A DNA stretch of 64,000 nucleotides from Dicyema japonicum (GCA_011109175.1 RDEW01000005.1:310001-374000); one strand, 5' to 3'. Numbered from the stretch's first letter, positions 23,421 through 37,299 are shown. Notes: generated from the letters alone by a model not told the origin. A program made the numbers and translations.

Positions 23421-24849
23421 AAAGGCTTCATCTTGATTTGAAAATATCATTTTGTCTTTGAAGAATCATCAAAGAGCAGTTTGCAATTAATAAATTAGAG
23501 TTATGAGAAGGAAATTTTAAAAAATTTTTAGATATGTTAAACCAGTGGTTCTCAACGAGGGCGATCGTCCACGAGGAGCCATTGTCATTTGAAAAATTAA
23601 AGAAGGATAAATAATCGAGTCTTATACTATAAATCTTCGAAATCTATTGAAATCCTTTGCAATGTGGAACAGTGTTTTCCAACGCGCTTAATCGAACTTA
23701 AACCTAATCATCCAAAGCAACTCAATTGGAAAAAAACAGAAATTTTTTTTGAATTAAAAAAGAATTATGAAAATAAAAACACTTTTCTTTATAATAAAAG
23801 TATATTTCAAAATGTTTCTGTAATATTTTATTCATACAAGTTGCATAGATAATTTCAAAAACTGGGTTATTTTATTTGTAGGTAATCCCCATTCGATAGC
23901 AGTGTTATTCGCCCGTGTTTAGATTATTCACGAAATTTTATAAAAAGATTCTTCAAACATACAGAAAAGCTAAGGATCTGAGGCATGTAAAAACAATAGG
24001 TGGATTAATACTAAAAAAGCTTTGCAAATCAATTTTCATTAGTAACAAATTTTGAAACTTTAGAATAACGTTCTTTGCTCTTGAAAGTGCTTCTTTATAA
24101 TAATAACTGCCTTTTCTCCTATTTTGAAATGTTGTCTGTTCATTTTCAAGCTTAAATTAACTCAATTTTAGGTAAAAACATTCTATCGGATATTATGAAG
24201 AAAAAGTTATCTCAACAAATAATGATATTTTGTTATACCATACAGAATAGTTTTAAATATTGAGAAAAAGCGTTCTCTGCCAAAATGATTTAAATTGTAA
24301 GCCTAAAATTAATCTGAACGATTTAGTTACTAATGGATTTGAGTTTCAATTCTATATCTTCATCACAAAATAATCGTAACTTGTAGCCCTTGCTGCAATT
24401 ATCATTTGGCTTCGCTGTTGAAAGCTTTTTCAATTGAAGAGGCATCTATTAACATTAATAATTCTCATAGCTATAAAACATCCGAAAATGAACGTTATCA
24501 CAACTTCTGATAATGAGAGTCAAATTTAACAAACTAGAAGGTTAAATCATACAATAAAATAGATTACTCAACATTCACTACCCTCGTTGACATTTGGGTT
24601 ATTCAATACAGGTCTGATCGATTTGCCGACAATCAATAAAGTTTCAATGAATTTCAGAATTGAGAATAGATTTTCCACAAAAATTCAAACTGAGCAAATG
24701 TTAAAGCAATTTCTCGAACGAGGATAGTTATATCGGATCAGCATCGTAAACAATCGGTTGTAAAGATTAGTTTTTCTTGAAATATAATAGTAAATTTACA
24801 AAATATTGATAGAAAAAATTATCCACTAACGATACTTTCTTCAAATAAG

Positions 24850-25150
24850 CTATAAATTTGGAACAATAAATATCGAAAAATCAGATAGTGGAGAATAGCA
24901 CATATTTGTAGGTTACCAAAATATATATATGTTAGCCTTTTTGATAACAGCCTTCAGCACTATTTGATGATCCAATAATATAATATTAAACAAAATATAT
25001 GGATATACAACTGGAAAACACAATAAAATACAAAAGTAAGAAAGGACCACAACAAAGTTGCAACTGCACGCTGTACAATGTATTATTGTTTTAAAAGGTT
25101 TGCCATATTGTAAACAATTTTTAAAAATAAATTAATTAATAAATCTATCT
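24850..25150 (-). repeat. Right arm of the imperfect inverted repeat (partner 18950-19240)
   Basis: Reverse complement matches the left arm; GCCATATTG|TA at 25102-25112. Confidence 0.7.
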
Positions 25151-25169
25151 ATAATATCTGTTTTTCTCT

Positions 25170-26120
25170 CTCTATCGCTACAGAACAAAAAAGCAATTCA
25201 AGATCCCTGGAAAGTTCAAACTCTGGCTAGCTAACTTCCTTAGTGGTCGGAGGGGACGCGTCTGCATTGGTCAGTCAAGGTCTATTTCACGGCTTCTCCC
25301 TAACGGGGTTCTCCAAGGATCCCCTTTGTCTCCAGTTTTATTCAGCCTATTCATGACGGACTTCCCCACTCCAGACTCCGAAAATGATATTATTCTAACT
25401 TATGCCGACGACATCGTCATTACCTCACGCGATCAGGACATCCAGATTGCCACTTCGAAATTGCAAGAAAATCTGGACAAGCTTGACAAATGGCTATCAA
25501 AGAATCGTCTAACTACTAGCAGTGAAAAGTCCGTCACAACCCTATTTACTTCAGACAAGAGACTGGGAAGACGGACGGTCGAGCTAAAGGCAAACAATGA
25601 AGCTATTCCTTACAGAAAATCCCAAAGGATCCTTATGGTGACTTTTGACATGCATATGTCATTCTCGCCCCATGTTAAAAGCGTAATTACGGAATGCGAT
25701 AGAAAACTAATGTTCTGAAATGCCTCACAGTCCTATGGAAGATCGGAAAGCAATCTGTTTTGGGAACTGTATATAAACAATTTATTGAACCATGCATATC
25801 TTATGCATGCGGTATATGAGTCCACTCATCTCTTGGACGAATATCTTGAAGATCAAGGCTAGCCGGAGAAGAGCCCCCAAAGTCACGGAACGCTAGATTT
25901 CTAGAGAACTCCAGCCACCAATGCCTCTTGAAGTCTTGATTAGAATGAACCACGGATCGCGCCGTCGTGATTGCGAAGGTCCAGTCACTCGAACGATACG
26001 TCCTTGCGAGCGACGAGGGAGGAGCATCGGGCCAAGATGAGGTCCTTGCTAGAGCGTGCTGGGATCACGTGATTATTAAGTTTGTGTGATCGTGGTCTCT
26101 GGTGTTGTTATTATTATTAA
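25170..26120 (+). mobile_element. 5'-truncated Vingi-like LINE (RT second half to 3' end)
   Basis: GVLQGSPLSPVLF..TYADDI..KSVTTLFT..TFD; no RNase H; ends GCTGGGATCACGTGA..TTATTATTATTAA. Confidence 0.85.
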
Positions 26121-26129
26121 TAGTCGATA

Positions 26130-26950
26130 TTTCATTGTTTGAATGTTCTGTGAGTCCGATGTTTTTGATCGATTTGTGGAAATTTTTGCAATAGAGGATT
26201 TGGTGATTTTTTCGATTTCAAGCCAGAGCAACAGATGTCTAAGGGGATCTCTGTGTTCCTCTCCGAAATCGAAGGGATTTGATAGTCCCTGAAAAGTAAG
26301 GATGTAGTTAGACTGTAGACTGATTCACAAATTCTAAATATTAGGGCATATTTCCATACACGTCTCCATGATATTGTCTTTTCGTAGACAATTGAAGGCG
26401 TTTTTGATCTCCAATTTGACAAGGTCATCCCCCGGGAATTTTTTATACTGTGGTTTAGGAATTGCTCATTGAATGGACAGAGGCTCGTATTCTAGGCCAA
26501 CACCGACGCCTACTTGAAGTGGGTTCATGAATCGTGTGATGAGTGGAAAAGTTTGTCTGGAAGCAATCTTAGTAGCTAGTCTCCTGAATACAAATCCGAC
26601 CACAACCAATCGTACTCCACCACCCTACTTATCAAATTGGTGGAAAACAGGACGTGGCGGAACTTCGGTATGTAGTCAGGTAGAATCCGGCTCATAAGTA
26701 AGGTAATTGAGCTTGAAAACGAAATCCTTGGTATCCTACTAAAAAGAGGTTAGTTTTTTTAGATGGCCAGGTCTCATTCCTTCAAGTTCGTCACTGCTAC
26801 TAGAGGCAAATTTCGTATTGCGAAGTTCATAGTTTGATTCAGTCAGCGGACTCACTCCAAATGGGGGAGCGACTAAACGTAGGTTGTGAGGTGACAGAGA
26901 ATGATTGTTTAGTAAGATATTGTAGGCGTTGAGAGTCGTTTTTTCAGTCC
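26130..26950 (-). mobile_element. CRE RT fragment (degraded)
   Basis: GVRLVVVGFVFRRLATKIASR..LQVGVGV matches the CRE RT at 15.0 kb. Confidence 0.75.
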
Positions 26951-27499
26951 ACCTGAGAAAAGTGCCTACGCGGGTACCAGATTCGATTAACTTTTCTTGA
27001 GACAGAACACTTCCTTGTTCGAATCATGTGTCTCCCGCGTATGGTTAGAAGATGTGGGGCAATTGGGGTTTTGATTCCTCCCTTAAAAGAACCAATGTTG
27101 GTCCTCATGGCGGTACCGAGAGACTCCTTTCTGTGATCATCTCAATCAAGTCCCAGTGCGTAAGGCGCAAAACTGAGTAGGCGCAACCAATCCTGTATAG
27201 GAAAGGGCCTCTGCAGCGACAAGGTTTACGGCCTTGGGGATCTTGACCGGAATAGTCCGTGATGAGGTGTAAGAATGTTTCGGGTCCGTTGTTGATTGGT
27301 AATTAACGGGATAGTTAACAGTGGTGCGGGTACGGGGAACCTCCCTGCATAGGCCGAGGCTGCATTTTTGGTCTAATTCGTTTACTGTTTAGCAAAAATA
27401 ATTGAGGTTTTCATCGGATGAGAAAAAAAGCAAACTATTCTGGCATACGTTGGGTTTTCTTAATATTAGGCGGAGCATAACTTATTTCATTTTGGCAGA

Positions 27500-28300
27500 A
27501 TAGGGATCTTAATGCAAAGCACCAACTTGGTTAAAAAATAAGTCGGTAGATACCAAGGAAAACGAAATGCTACCTATTCTGAGAAACCTAGTCATCTTGA
27601 ACAACACCCTGTAGAATACCAGAACATCTTCCAAATCAAACGACAGACGCCGGAAAACCCAAGGACTCTAGGGGCGTACAGGCCAATTTCCCTTCTATGC
27701 ACATCTGCGAAAGTAATAGAAAAGTTCATCCTGATACGAATTCAACCATACCTTGATCCCATTCTAACCCGAGATCAAGGAAGGCTTCTCTACGATTACC
27801 CATCTTACATGTCTATTAAAATTCATCTCAGAGGGTCTTCATTGAAAACCGTCATGAAAATTCTCTGTATGCTTTGTCCACATTCAAAATGCTGACGACA
27901 TAATCGTCGCATCTAAGGATAATTACGTTGAGAGAATCTCCGGACTTTGCAAGCCTAACTAGACCTTCTGAGCATTTGACTTGAGAAGAATTTACTATTG
28001 GCAAGCTCTGAAAAGTCCTATACAACATTATCTACTTCTGATAGAAGATTACATAACTGCACCGAGCCTAATCCTCAATAATGTATCCCTACCTTTAATT
28101 GTAAAGATTTTGGGGGTCATGTTCGACTCACGACATTTAGCAACAAGTCACCAACACCATATCTTCCTCTAAAGAAAACTAAATTGTGCAAAGGCTCTTG
28201 GGTCACTATGGAAGTTCCTTCAACTCATTAATAAACTCACTCTACACGTAACAGCTTTACCCTTTTACGTCTGACATCATTCGTGGTCCTTCCAAAAGAA
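27500..28300 (+). mobile_element. Degraded Vingi-like APE/RT fragments
   Basis: GDLNAKH, YRPISLLC, ILGVMFD. Confidence 0.55.
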
Positions 28301-28619
28301 CGGGCACTAAAATGATACTACCGAAGCACTGGTGTGTTCCACGAGTCTATAGAAAGTGCTTTGGGTCGTGTGGAACACATAATAACAAAAAGTCAATTAA
28401 GGTTATTTTGTGCCTCGTCAACCACCCTTTGTACCAGTCTCATCTAAAGTCTCTTCTTTTTCGCAAGTTCACTTACTTCATAAAGATTGTCAGCCGTATT
28501 TAGTTTTCTGCCGACGCCCTTCAACTTTCATTTACATGGAAATTAATATTCTCATCCTCTTACTCCATAACAATTTGGAAAGGCCATGTTCCCCCAATTA
28601 TAAATTAGGATGGCTACGA

Positions 28620-28900
28620 TAAAGGATTTTTTATATCTTTAGCTTAACCTTTCCATTGAGCTTTCTACCGGAACGTTGAAAGCAACAGAGGCAAGGATTT
28701 TCCGGCAAGCTACATCTTCCACATCCTCCAAGAGCGATTTCTCAACGCAGCCTCAAGAATAAATAACGAAATGAGTAATGACAGAGAGTCTCCTTGTGGA
28801 ACACCTAGAGTGGTTTCAAACAAGTTAGATTAAAATTTCCCAATTTGACTGCAAAATGAATATCTCCGTTTCAAAATTTTATATAGTCAGCGGTAGATCT
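28620..28900 (-). mobile_element. RTE RT fragment
   Basis: FETTLGVPQGDSLS..LEAALRN. Confidence 0.6.
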
Positions 28901-29391
28901 TCCTTTTCTAAATCTATTTTGTACAGGTAATAATAATTTGTTGAGTTTAAGATAATTGGTCTTAGGTAACTTGTGGGACGTGAATCTTTCGCCGTACTCT
29001 TTCATTTTTGTTTTCTTATTACTTTTTCATGTCAAATCTTTAAAGGTTTATACAAACTTTCTAAAAAAATCGAGTGATCACTGGACGTTTCGAGACCATC
29101 ATAAGATCTCGAGTTTTTATAAGACTTTTGTTAGTTCTTCAACACAAGATATAGTCCAGTTGGTTGTATATTTTAATCAGGTTTTTATTTTGTCATTTCT
29201 TGAACCAGTCCAAGTGATATCAAAAAATTCTATTGACTCTAATATTCTCCAAAATTTTGATTGTCAAAATAAATATTGTAGTATTTTTTGTATTTTAAAT
29301 TATTATTTGATATCAAACCAAAAATTCTTAAATTATCAATTAATTTGTTAAACCACAAAATAATCAGTTTGTTAGTTAAGAAATCCAATAA

Positions 29392-30924
29392 TTAGTATTC
29401 AAGGTCGTCGATGAAATTTTTTATCAATTCAAAGGCTGCCGCAGGTTGATCAGTTGGAACCAAATGTCCTGCATTTCTAACCACAATTTGCTTGAAATTT
29501 CCAGACGCTCGAACATATCCATTAACTCTCTTGGGATGTTTTAGAATACCAATTTGCTGAGGGGCATCGTTGAATACAGCTTTTCCATTCCATTCTAATT
29601 TTTCATATATTCTGAAGTCGATCCGGGGGGTACAATAGTATCCAGCTGGCCATTGAAAAGGAGAGTCTTGGATGTTGAAATAAGACAACCTTATATCCAG
29701 AATTTAGAAGATATGTAAAATTCTGAACTATTGATTTCATTAAATCAACGGCCATAACAGCATTCATTACCAACCATTTTTTGCTGAACTCTACGTTACC
29801 TGCGTTTACTTTTTGGGAATTTCGTCGAAGAAACTCTGGAAAATAATAAACTTGCGGCTAAAACTGAGCACTCAATCAAACTGCATCATATCGATAGTTG
29901 TTAGGGCTAGAAAGACCAGTCATGTTGGTGTAGAAAGTCGGATATACAAAATTGTCTGATTCGATAAGTTGATCAAAAATCTATATGTTAAGCCGAAATC
30001 ACCCAAGCACTTTCTACATATTCTTCTCTCATAATGGATTCTTGAATGGCATCTCTATATTTATCGAATTTTTCGATTTGGTTGTCGAAAATAAGTCCCT
30101 TGTAGTAATAATTGATTCCGTAATCGAGCGACTACAATAAATAATAATCTTGCATTGAAAGGATCAATCCAAGCACCACCAATGGCCATTCCTTTCAGAT
30201 TCATTGGGTGTACGTTTTTTTTATTCCACTCATCGATCGCATAAAGTGCAGCTGGAATGTATTTCCCTGCATAAGAAAGTCCACTAAAGTAAAGATGATT
30301 CGGTTTCAATTCAGGGAATAGAATATAAAATTGTCGCATGCATCTAAAATAGCATTTACTATCTACTCTGATAAGAAACGACCAATCATTTCTTCAGTGG
30401 ATAAGAAACATTCTTCTCCGAAAAACTGAATCCAACTCCTACCTGACAGTAAAATTACTAAAACTGGATTATCAATGAAAATCAAATTGTATTCTCTCGA
30501 CCACGTGATTTCTCTTTTTGTAACTAAAAATTTTAAATGAATTGTACCTGTTAAATCTTCATTAACGTAGTATGGACCGATTTGCGCAAAAACTCCTGTC
30601 ATTGAAGAAGATCCAGGTCCACCATTAAGCCATACTATAACTGGTGCAGAGGCATTTCCATTCTTTAATGATTATCTCAAAATATTACTTCTGCTTTAAA
30701 ATACCAGAAAAACATATTTCTAACACAGTCATCACTCACTCTGAAGAATCCAGAATAACTCTCAACATCTCCGACAAGTGGTTCGACATAGCTTAACTGT
30801 CTTGCCAGCTCAAACTCCCCATTGTTCAAATTAGTCTGTGAGTATTAAAGGTTCGCTTTTGTCAGGTAATGCATTTTGCACATAATTGATTAAACAAAAT
30901 GAAAGAAAACAGAAAGAATCCCAT
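29392..30924 (-). CDS. CPVL: Serine carboxypeptidase S10, CPVL/vitellogenic-like, with signal peptide
   Basis: SYSGFF..MFFWYFKA, WLNGGPGSSSM, IFIDNP|VGVGFSF, GLSYAGKYIP, LKGMAIG, VRNAGHLVPTDQP; introns 30663-30688, 30524-30547 and 30443-30464; several 1-nt indels. Confidence 0.9.
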
Positions 30925-31559
30925 TTTAATTGCGAATTTTTAAAGAATTTATTATAATAACTGTATTAGGTTTAAAGTTCTAAAAATATTTTTTAAATCT
31001 AATTTAATAACTAATTTAAATTTCATTATTTTTTATCTCAAATTTTTTGAAATTTATAATTTGTTAAAAATTTTTCTATTTATTTTTATTCGTCAATACA
31101 CGAAAAAAAGACATTCCAGTTCTACCATGCTGAACATCCGCCTCGAAGCCTGGTAGACAAAGACGTTCTCCAGCTTCTTACATACCTATATCCGTGAAAA
31201 TGCTGTCTCCCATGCACCATGGAAAAACTCGTTATGTGAAAGATCCTTCCTGACCAGCTATGTTTCAGGCTCCAACATAGCTCCAAAGTGGATCTGCCCA
31301 CCACTACTCATTTGGATTTTTAAGTCAGTTTATTACCGAGGGATTTAGCACACTCGTCGTCATCTTCGGACTGTTATTTAAGAAGCCTTCACTCAGTGTC
31401 CAGAAAAATACTGACTAAGAAGTTATTCTACATTAACATTAAAATGAAATTATGGAATTATAATTTACTTAATGGATGCAGAAGACAAGTTTCCGTTCGC
31501 TCTTTGAAATCAGGATCTGGTATATGATCAAATACAAAAGGATCAAAATGACCAAAAAA

Positions 31560-32600
31560 TGCGACAACGAAATTCAGTAGCTCTTCTCGCTCTCCGGGAA
31601 GTGTGATGGCTAACTACTTCACGGTAGATGACAAGACGTCGTGCAACACTGAAGTGGCTAAACCTGCAGACGAACCCACGAAAGCCGATTTAACAGACAA
31701 CCCGTCCTTACTGATTTTAGTCGAAGATCGATACGTCCTGTACCTCTACGACCAGTCCGGATATATGAGAATGAGCTACAGAGGATCGAGATCCTTCCGG
31801 TTTAGATTCCACAGCAACTTCGACAAGATGGCCTTTATGGAAGCATGAATGACACTTGTCCCTTTGGACCGGAATGGCACCGGTGCAAAGCGTTAAACTC
31901 AAAACCGTTGGAGATTGTCATTAAGAACCTGCCCTTCTGGGTCGAGGAAAACGACCTTCTGGATTACCTACAGGAGATGGATCCTTCAACCACGAAGGTC
32001 ACTAGAATGTTCAGAGGAGAACGGAAGATGCCAATGGCGAAAAAGATAATCAGCAACAAATCAGAGGCCCGTTGTGGCTTCTCCATTGTAAGAAACGCGA
32101 TGGATGAAGAGAGGACCGCTGATCTGCTACAGCTGCCAGCAAGTCGGGCATTTTGCATACCAGTGTAAGGAAAAGAAGTGTTTCCCATATGCGGGAGAAC
32201 ATGATATCTCTGAATGTAAAGTGGACCTGGTACTCAAAACTAATTGTGTTAACTGCGGATCTTCCAAACACGGCGCCATATACGGAGGATGCCCCTTGCT
32301 ATTGGAAGCCAAACATAAACTTGATCAAGGCAGAAGGACAACCAACATTGAAATCAACAAGGTGGAACCAACAGATCGAAAAAGAATAATCGGCCCTCGA
32401 ATTATCAAATATGAACCAGTTTGAAAGGCACCCAAAGTGATATGTCTGAGAAGATCTCAAAAGAACTAGAAGAGATAATCTCAAGGCTAAAAGAACTGTG
32501 CAATCTACTTGGTGTGGATTTACTAAAGATGGTGAACCTGGCGATGGAGAGACCAGGCCACCTAAAAGCAAATTGAGAAGAAGTGCTGGTGAATGCCCGA
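31560..32600 (+). mobile_element. Gag-like ORF1 of an I/Jockey-group LINE (three CCHC knuckles), degraded
   Basis: IVIKNLP..; CYSCQQVGHFAYQC, CFPYAGEHDISEC and CVNCGSSKHGAIYGGCP. Confidence 0.75.
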
Positions 32601-32849
32601 TCCTTGAGGAAGAGGCAACATGACCTAGCACTACTTACTCTGAGTGTATAATCAGACTGCATTTCTAATAGTTCCAACGTTAGTATATAATGGCTAGCGT
32701 AAAGTCTAGACGTATGAACTTTTTCTGACCAAGTAGAACGCTCATAACCGCGGCATGTCAATTTGACGCCATTGACAGAATCCACTGCTTTTTTTCTGAT
32801 GGTTTCATTTTAATGACGCTTTTCCGTCACAACGTCGTCGACTGTATAA

Positions 32850-33010
32850 CAATCCTTTTTTGCAGGCCGCGCGTTTGACATCCCTGATCTAGGGGATCGG
32901 ATTTCTACATGCACAGGAAATCTCTGTAAGCGCTGCTGACTATTTGAGCGAACATCGCTCGTCATCCTGAGAGGGGATAGCCACCCAGTCAGGGCAGCTA
33001 CTGTATGATG
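32850..33010 (+). mobile_element. CRE 3'-terminal stub
   Basis: LFERTSLVILRGDSHPVRAATV*. Confidence 0.6.
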
Positions 33011-33050
33011 ATCAGTTGATGCTTCTCTTAATAAATAGAGTATTATAGAA

Positions 33051-33850
33051 CAGTGTTTCTCAACGATGTGCCATTTTAATCAATATGATTTACTTAAGTT
33101 TTTGTGTCTGCTATGTTGTGTGGATTTATGAAACGAAATGATGGAACCATCTCGCTTATTAGAACACGTAAAACGAAAGCATTCTTAATCACTAGGAAAA
33201 AATATTGAAGTTTGTAAAAAACCTAAGGCCAAACAATGACTACTTCCCTGTGTAGATATAACATATTCTGGAAAGGAATCTTTCAAATTACTAAAAAACT
33301 ATTCTATTCAGTTGCGATTCAATGTGAATAAGAATAGACAAGATGCCCCAAGACCCCGAGCAATCATAAGTATTTTTCTCGAAAAACAGCCCTCCGATAA
33401 AGAGTAGATAATGTTTACATTACTTAAACCTCATCTGATGCAAAAATGACACTCTATTTTAAAAAGTAAGACAGTAATTTTATGTAATCCAAAGTATTTC
33501 CAAGACATTGAAAGTACTCTTGACTTCTTGTTTTGAAGAATTATAATTTCCATCAGAGATTAATGTTTTTGGGACGTTTTCTTCCTTATTTCCTCTTTCA
33601 GGAAAGCATAGAGATTCTAACAAACTTATTGCCGAGTCTATTGAAAAAATTTCAAATATTGGTAAAAGTCATTTTTAGGACAAGGGTTCCATTCGTTGCT
33701 GCAGCTTTTCCAAAAAATGAGGATTTCGAAAATTATAGAGTTTTTCGGTTTATGATTACTGCGTATTTACGGTCCAATGGTGTGCCTATGCAAATGGAGC
33801 ATATTTTTTGCTTAATTGGCATTGAACCTAAGGAGTTTGTATATTAATCG
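33051..33850 (+). mobile_element. hAT (Buster/SCAND3-type) transposase remnant with left TIR
   Basis: CAGTGTTTCTCAAC TIR-like start; residues resembling PSRL..H, IRIDKM and LLKPHL. Confidence 0.5.
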
Positions 33851-33899
33851 TGCTAAACATGTGAGAGGACTTGTGTTGGAAAGAAACTCCAGCATTAGC

Positions 33900-34580
33900 G
33901 GGTCCTTAAAACTAAGAAAACACATATGACACAATCGCAGGATTCCTTGCTTTCAAGTACAAGATGAACCCAACCCAAATAAGCTTTATCAAAGACTATC
34001 AACAAAAATCCCTGTTGGATAGTATCAGGAGAAAGTCAATCCAATATAATTTATGATTGTTGCAAAGATGAGAATATTGATGTTGGATCCGCTGGGTGGT
34101 TGGTCAGTGGAAACAATTATCGGAGATCCGAGGCTTTGTTTTGTCTTCTTGAAGAGAGGAATCTGTTTTTACGGATAAATATTCAACATGTAATCACTGT
34201 AAGAAATCAAAAAAGTCGGTGGATCATATGGCTACATGTTGCAATAGGATGCTTAACAGCGACTACATTAGAAGGCATGAGATGCATAGTGGTTGGATGC
34301 ATACATTCGCACTTGTGCAGAATGTACGACGTCAAAATGTCAGAGACCAAAGATGCATTCTGTCATTTTTGAAACAAACTGAAGTAGAAAAGTTGCATAA
34401 GTACGATTTATTGGCTGGAGAGCTCAGTCTACTGTATGGTACTCCAGTCAAAGTCATACCTATTGTTTTCGTGTCGTTTCAAAGTGATTGAGATTGCTTA
34501 TAAATTTCACTTGGGAGCCTATCTTAATCGATGCACCAATTAGAACATACATTCAATCTGTTTTGCTAAAGAAGATGTGG
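33900..34580 (+). mobile_element. R4-like element C-terminal fragment (second subfamily)
   Basis: RSEALFCLLEERNLF, DHMATCCNRMLNSDYIRRHE, EVEKLHKYDLLAGELSLLY, YIQSVLLKK. Confidence 0.7.
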
Positions 34581-34609
34581 CTATTAAAGTCCGAATCCCA
34601 GAATTTTAA

Positions 34610-35720
34610 TAATATTGGTTAACGCAAATCTCCCGCCTTTGAGTTCTTGCTCCTCCAAGATCCATTGTGCCCATGACAAAAGGGGAAAGATGCTAATTGA
34701 GGACTTTCACAGTCTCTGCATACTCAACGATCCGGCTTTCCATACAAGAACACCTACTCGACGTACCAATAAACCCTCATCCATTGACATCTCACTGTCA
34801 TCTCTATCCCTGGCCTTTCTTTTTGACTGGTCAGTGAAATATGTCACCAGGAGTGACCACAATCCAAAATTTTTGGAGGTCAAACGAGGTCACGGATAAA
34901 AGGACCCGACGATAATTAATTACAGCCATGCGAACTGGAGAGGATTCAAGGAGTACTCGATACTTTCATTTGACTCTTGAATTTCCCCACTCCTCCCTCC
35001 GTCGAACAATTAGTGAAATGATTCAACTCCACCATAAATGCTGCGAGAAAAAAGAACATTCAAATAACAGGCAACCTACGTTTCAACAAAAAGACGAAAC
35101 GTTTGATCAGAGAACGAAATAATATAAAGAAGCTGAAATCGCCAACAGAAGAAAACATTAGAAAAATACAAGAACTGAACAGAGAGATCAACAAGAGCAT
35201 TAGAAGATCCTCCCCAGAGACGAAAGGCGAATTCTAAATCCAACCCGAAAGCCTGATAAAATATTATACGTCTATCTCCTACAGGGAGTTTTCAAAAGAA
35301 CGCCAAGTATTCCTATAAAAGATTGAATTGAAACACTCCGATGACGGTATCCTCTCTACTAGCCAGTATCTCCAGCCTCTTAAGGACAGAAGCATTCAAT
35401 CAGTGACTCAGTCCTCCCAACAAATGCTTGACAAGCTGAACTATGACTCTCGAAACGGAGGCTCGAGACAACATCAACAAAGTCCTCTGTTACGCAGTTT
35501 TCAAAGACAGCTCTGTGGCGAACCAAAAATCATTACAAAGAACAAGACTATTCCTATTAACAAAACACTGAAGATTCTGGAGGTCACCTTTGGCCAGGGA
35601 CTCTCTTTTATCCGACATGTTGCTTCTGCTCTGAATAAAATGAGAATCCTAAAAAATGCTCTCAAAAACACTTAAAGACCAAACTGGGCCCTTGCCACAA
35701 TTTATGAACAATTTATCTGA
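34610..35720 (+). mobile_element. Vingi-like LINE fragment (APE C-terminal half, eroded RT)
   Basis: DKRG..LCILND..PSSIDISL..WSV..SDHNP; ILEVTFGQGLSF. Confidence 0.65.
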
Positions 35721-36019
35721 CCCACAATGGCGTATGAAGTCTTTCGTGGACAATGCAGATTTCAGGTTTCGACTCTTAAATCCGATAATCATGTTCTACT
35801 CTTTTATGCGGATGATTTTGTTTTGATTTAACTTTAAATTTTAGCGTGGCGTTATGTGGTTCACCGATTCACTAATTCTTTAGGTTTTGGTAACGCCCAG
35901 AGGGCACCTAATGTCCCTCCAAAGACAACCATTAAACATTTACCTCCGAGAAAACTGTCTCCAAGGCGGCAGGCACTACTATCCTCATCTACCCGGAAAG
36001 AGCCCCTAGCCCACCCAAA

Positions 36020-37185
36020 AGAAACGGACCACGGGTTCTTCAACTAAATATCAATGGAGTAAGGGGGAAAATATTGGAACTGCGCTCTCTCCTGGCGGAG
36101 CTGAAGATCGACGTGGCTTTGATTCAATAGACGAAACTGCCTATAAACAGTTCTATCCCAGTGTTCCCTGCATACAAGTCAATACGGACTAACTGGACGA
36201 AGAAGTGGGATAGTGACCCACTCATTTATATTGGAAAGACGTTAAATGTGTGGACATCACTTCAGTGGTAAAGAAAATTTTGGGAGACGACGATCTTACT
36301 GAAATCAACGCAATCTCACTTGGAACAAAAATGCAAAATTTCTTTTGTGGACATTTACGCGCCTCCACCTCACCTCTCTCTCCCCTGCTCTTCAACCTGT
36401 ACACCAATGTCCTTCCACCAATGACGATCCCGATACATTAATACTCTCATACGCAGATGACATTGTTCTTTCGACAAGAGACTCTAACTATGAGAAGGCA
36501 GGAATAAAACTTCAAATCGACTGGAAATTTCTACAAAAAAGTCGTTTTATAACAAATTTCTCTACATATAGAAGATCATTATACTCTCCCAAAATCATAT
36601 TGTTTGGATATGAAATTCCTATGAATAAGTCTCCAACAATACTAGGATAAAAGTTGGATACTCTCCTGACATTCGGCCAACACGTCAATGACGTTATTAC
36701 CAAAGTCAGAAAAGGACCAACATATTGAAAATTTTGTCCCGATCACCAATCGGGCACAACACCTTTTTACTACAGAAAATTTACAGACAATACATACTGC
36801 CAGTAATCGAATACGCATGTCCCTCCTGGAGCTCAATGGTTTCTGAATCGTCGTCTCAAAATTAGAAGCCGCACAACTTGCTGCCTTGAAAATAATAAAT
36901 AAGAAAACTGTGGATAACGTATTGAATGTTAAAGAACACCTAAGGTGGAGAGTGAAGTCATTTCTACAGTGGGCAATAAAAACCGGCTGTCCGCTTTCAC
37001 TCTCTATATCTGATCATCTAGAAAATGCAGGAAATCTATGGAGAATGAGACCGTCTCCGTTTCTACCAATTCTATTGGATCTTCGAAGACCTCGAACGAG
37101 AGCCAGAACCCGGAAAACCGGGATCACTTAGTTAGTAGTTAACTTTTAACTTTTACTAATCCGGTGATCGTGGGGTAAAAAATAG
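36020..37185 (+). mobile_element. Internally deleted Vingi-like LINE (APE start, RT middle, 3' end)
   Basis: GPRVLQLNINGVRGKILEL..IDVALIQ; LSPLLFNLY..SYADD; ends RKTGIT* with the family 3' UTR. Confidence 0.75.
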
Positions 37186-37299
37186 TAACAATCCTTTAGT
37201 CCACATAATCTCGATAGGTTGGGGATATAGGAAGTGTTAAATGACCTCTGGGGAGGGATATAGATTCTACAAACGTGGGAATTGGGTATTAGCAAAGGT

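Larger units (their letters stand above)
20140..24500 (-). pseudogene. Fragmented MutS-family gene (MSH4/MSH5-like), interrupted by CRE, Vingi, R4-like and RTE insertions
   Basis: Domain-V remnants in the correct order: LEIKQGRHP (~20690-20715), FTRI..NINLVASEESFMSE (~20380-20460), FFEERGIT and ELIACHF (~20260-20345); domain-III-like LMLIDASSIE..NCSKGYKLRLF near 24.3-24.45 kb; P-loop missing. Confidence 0.55.
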
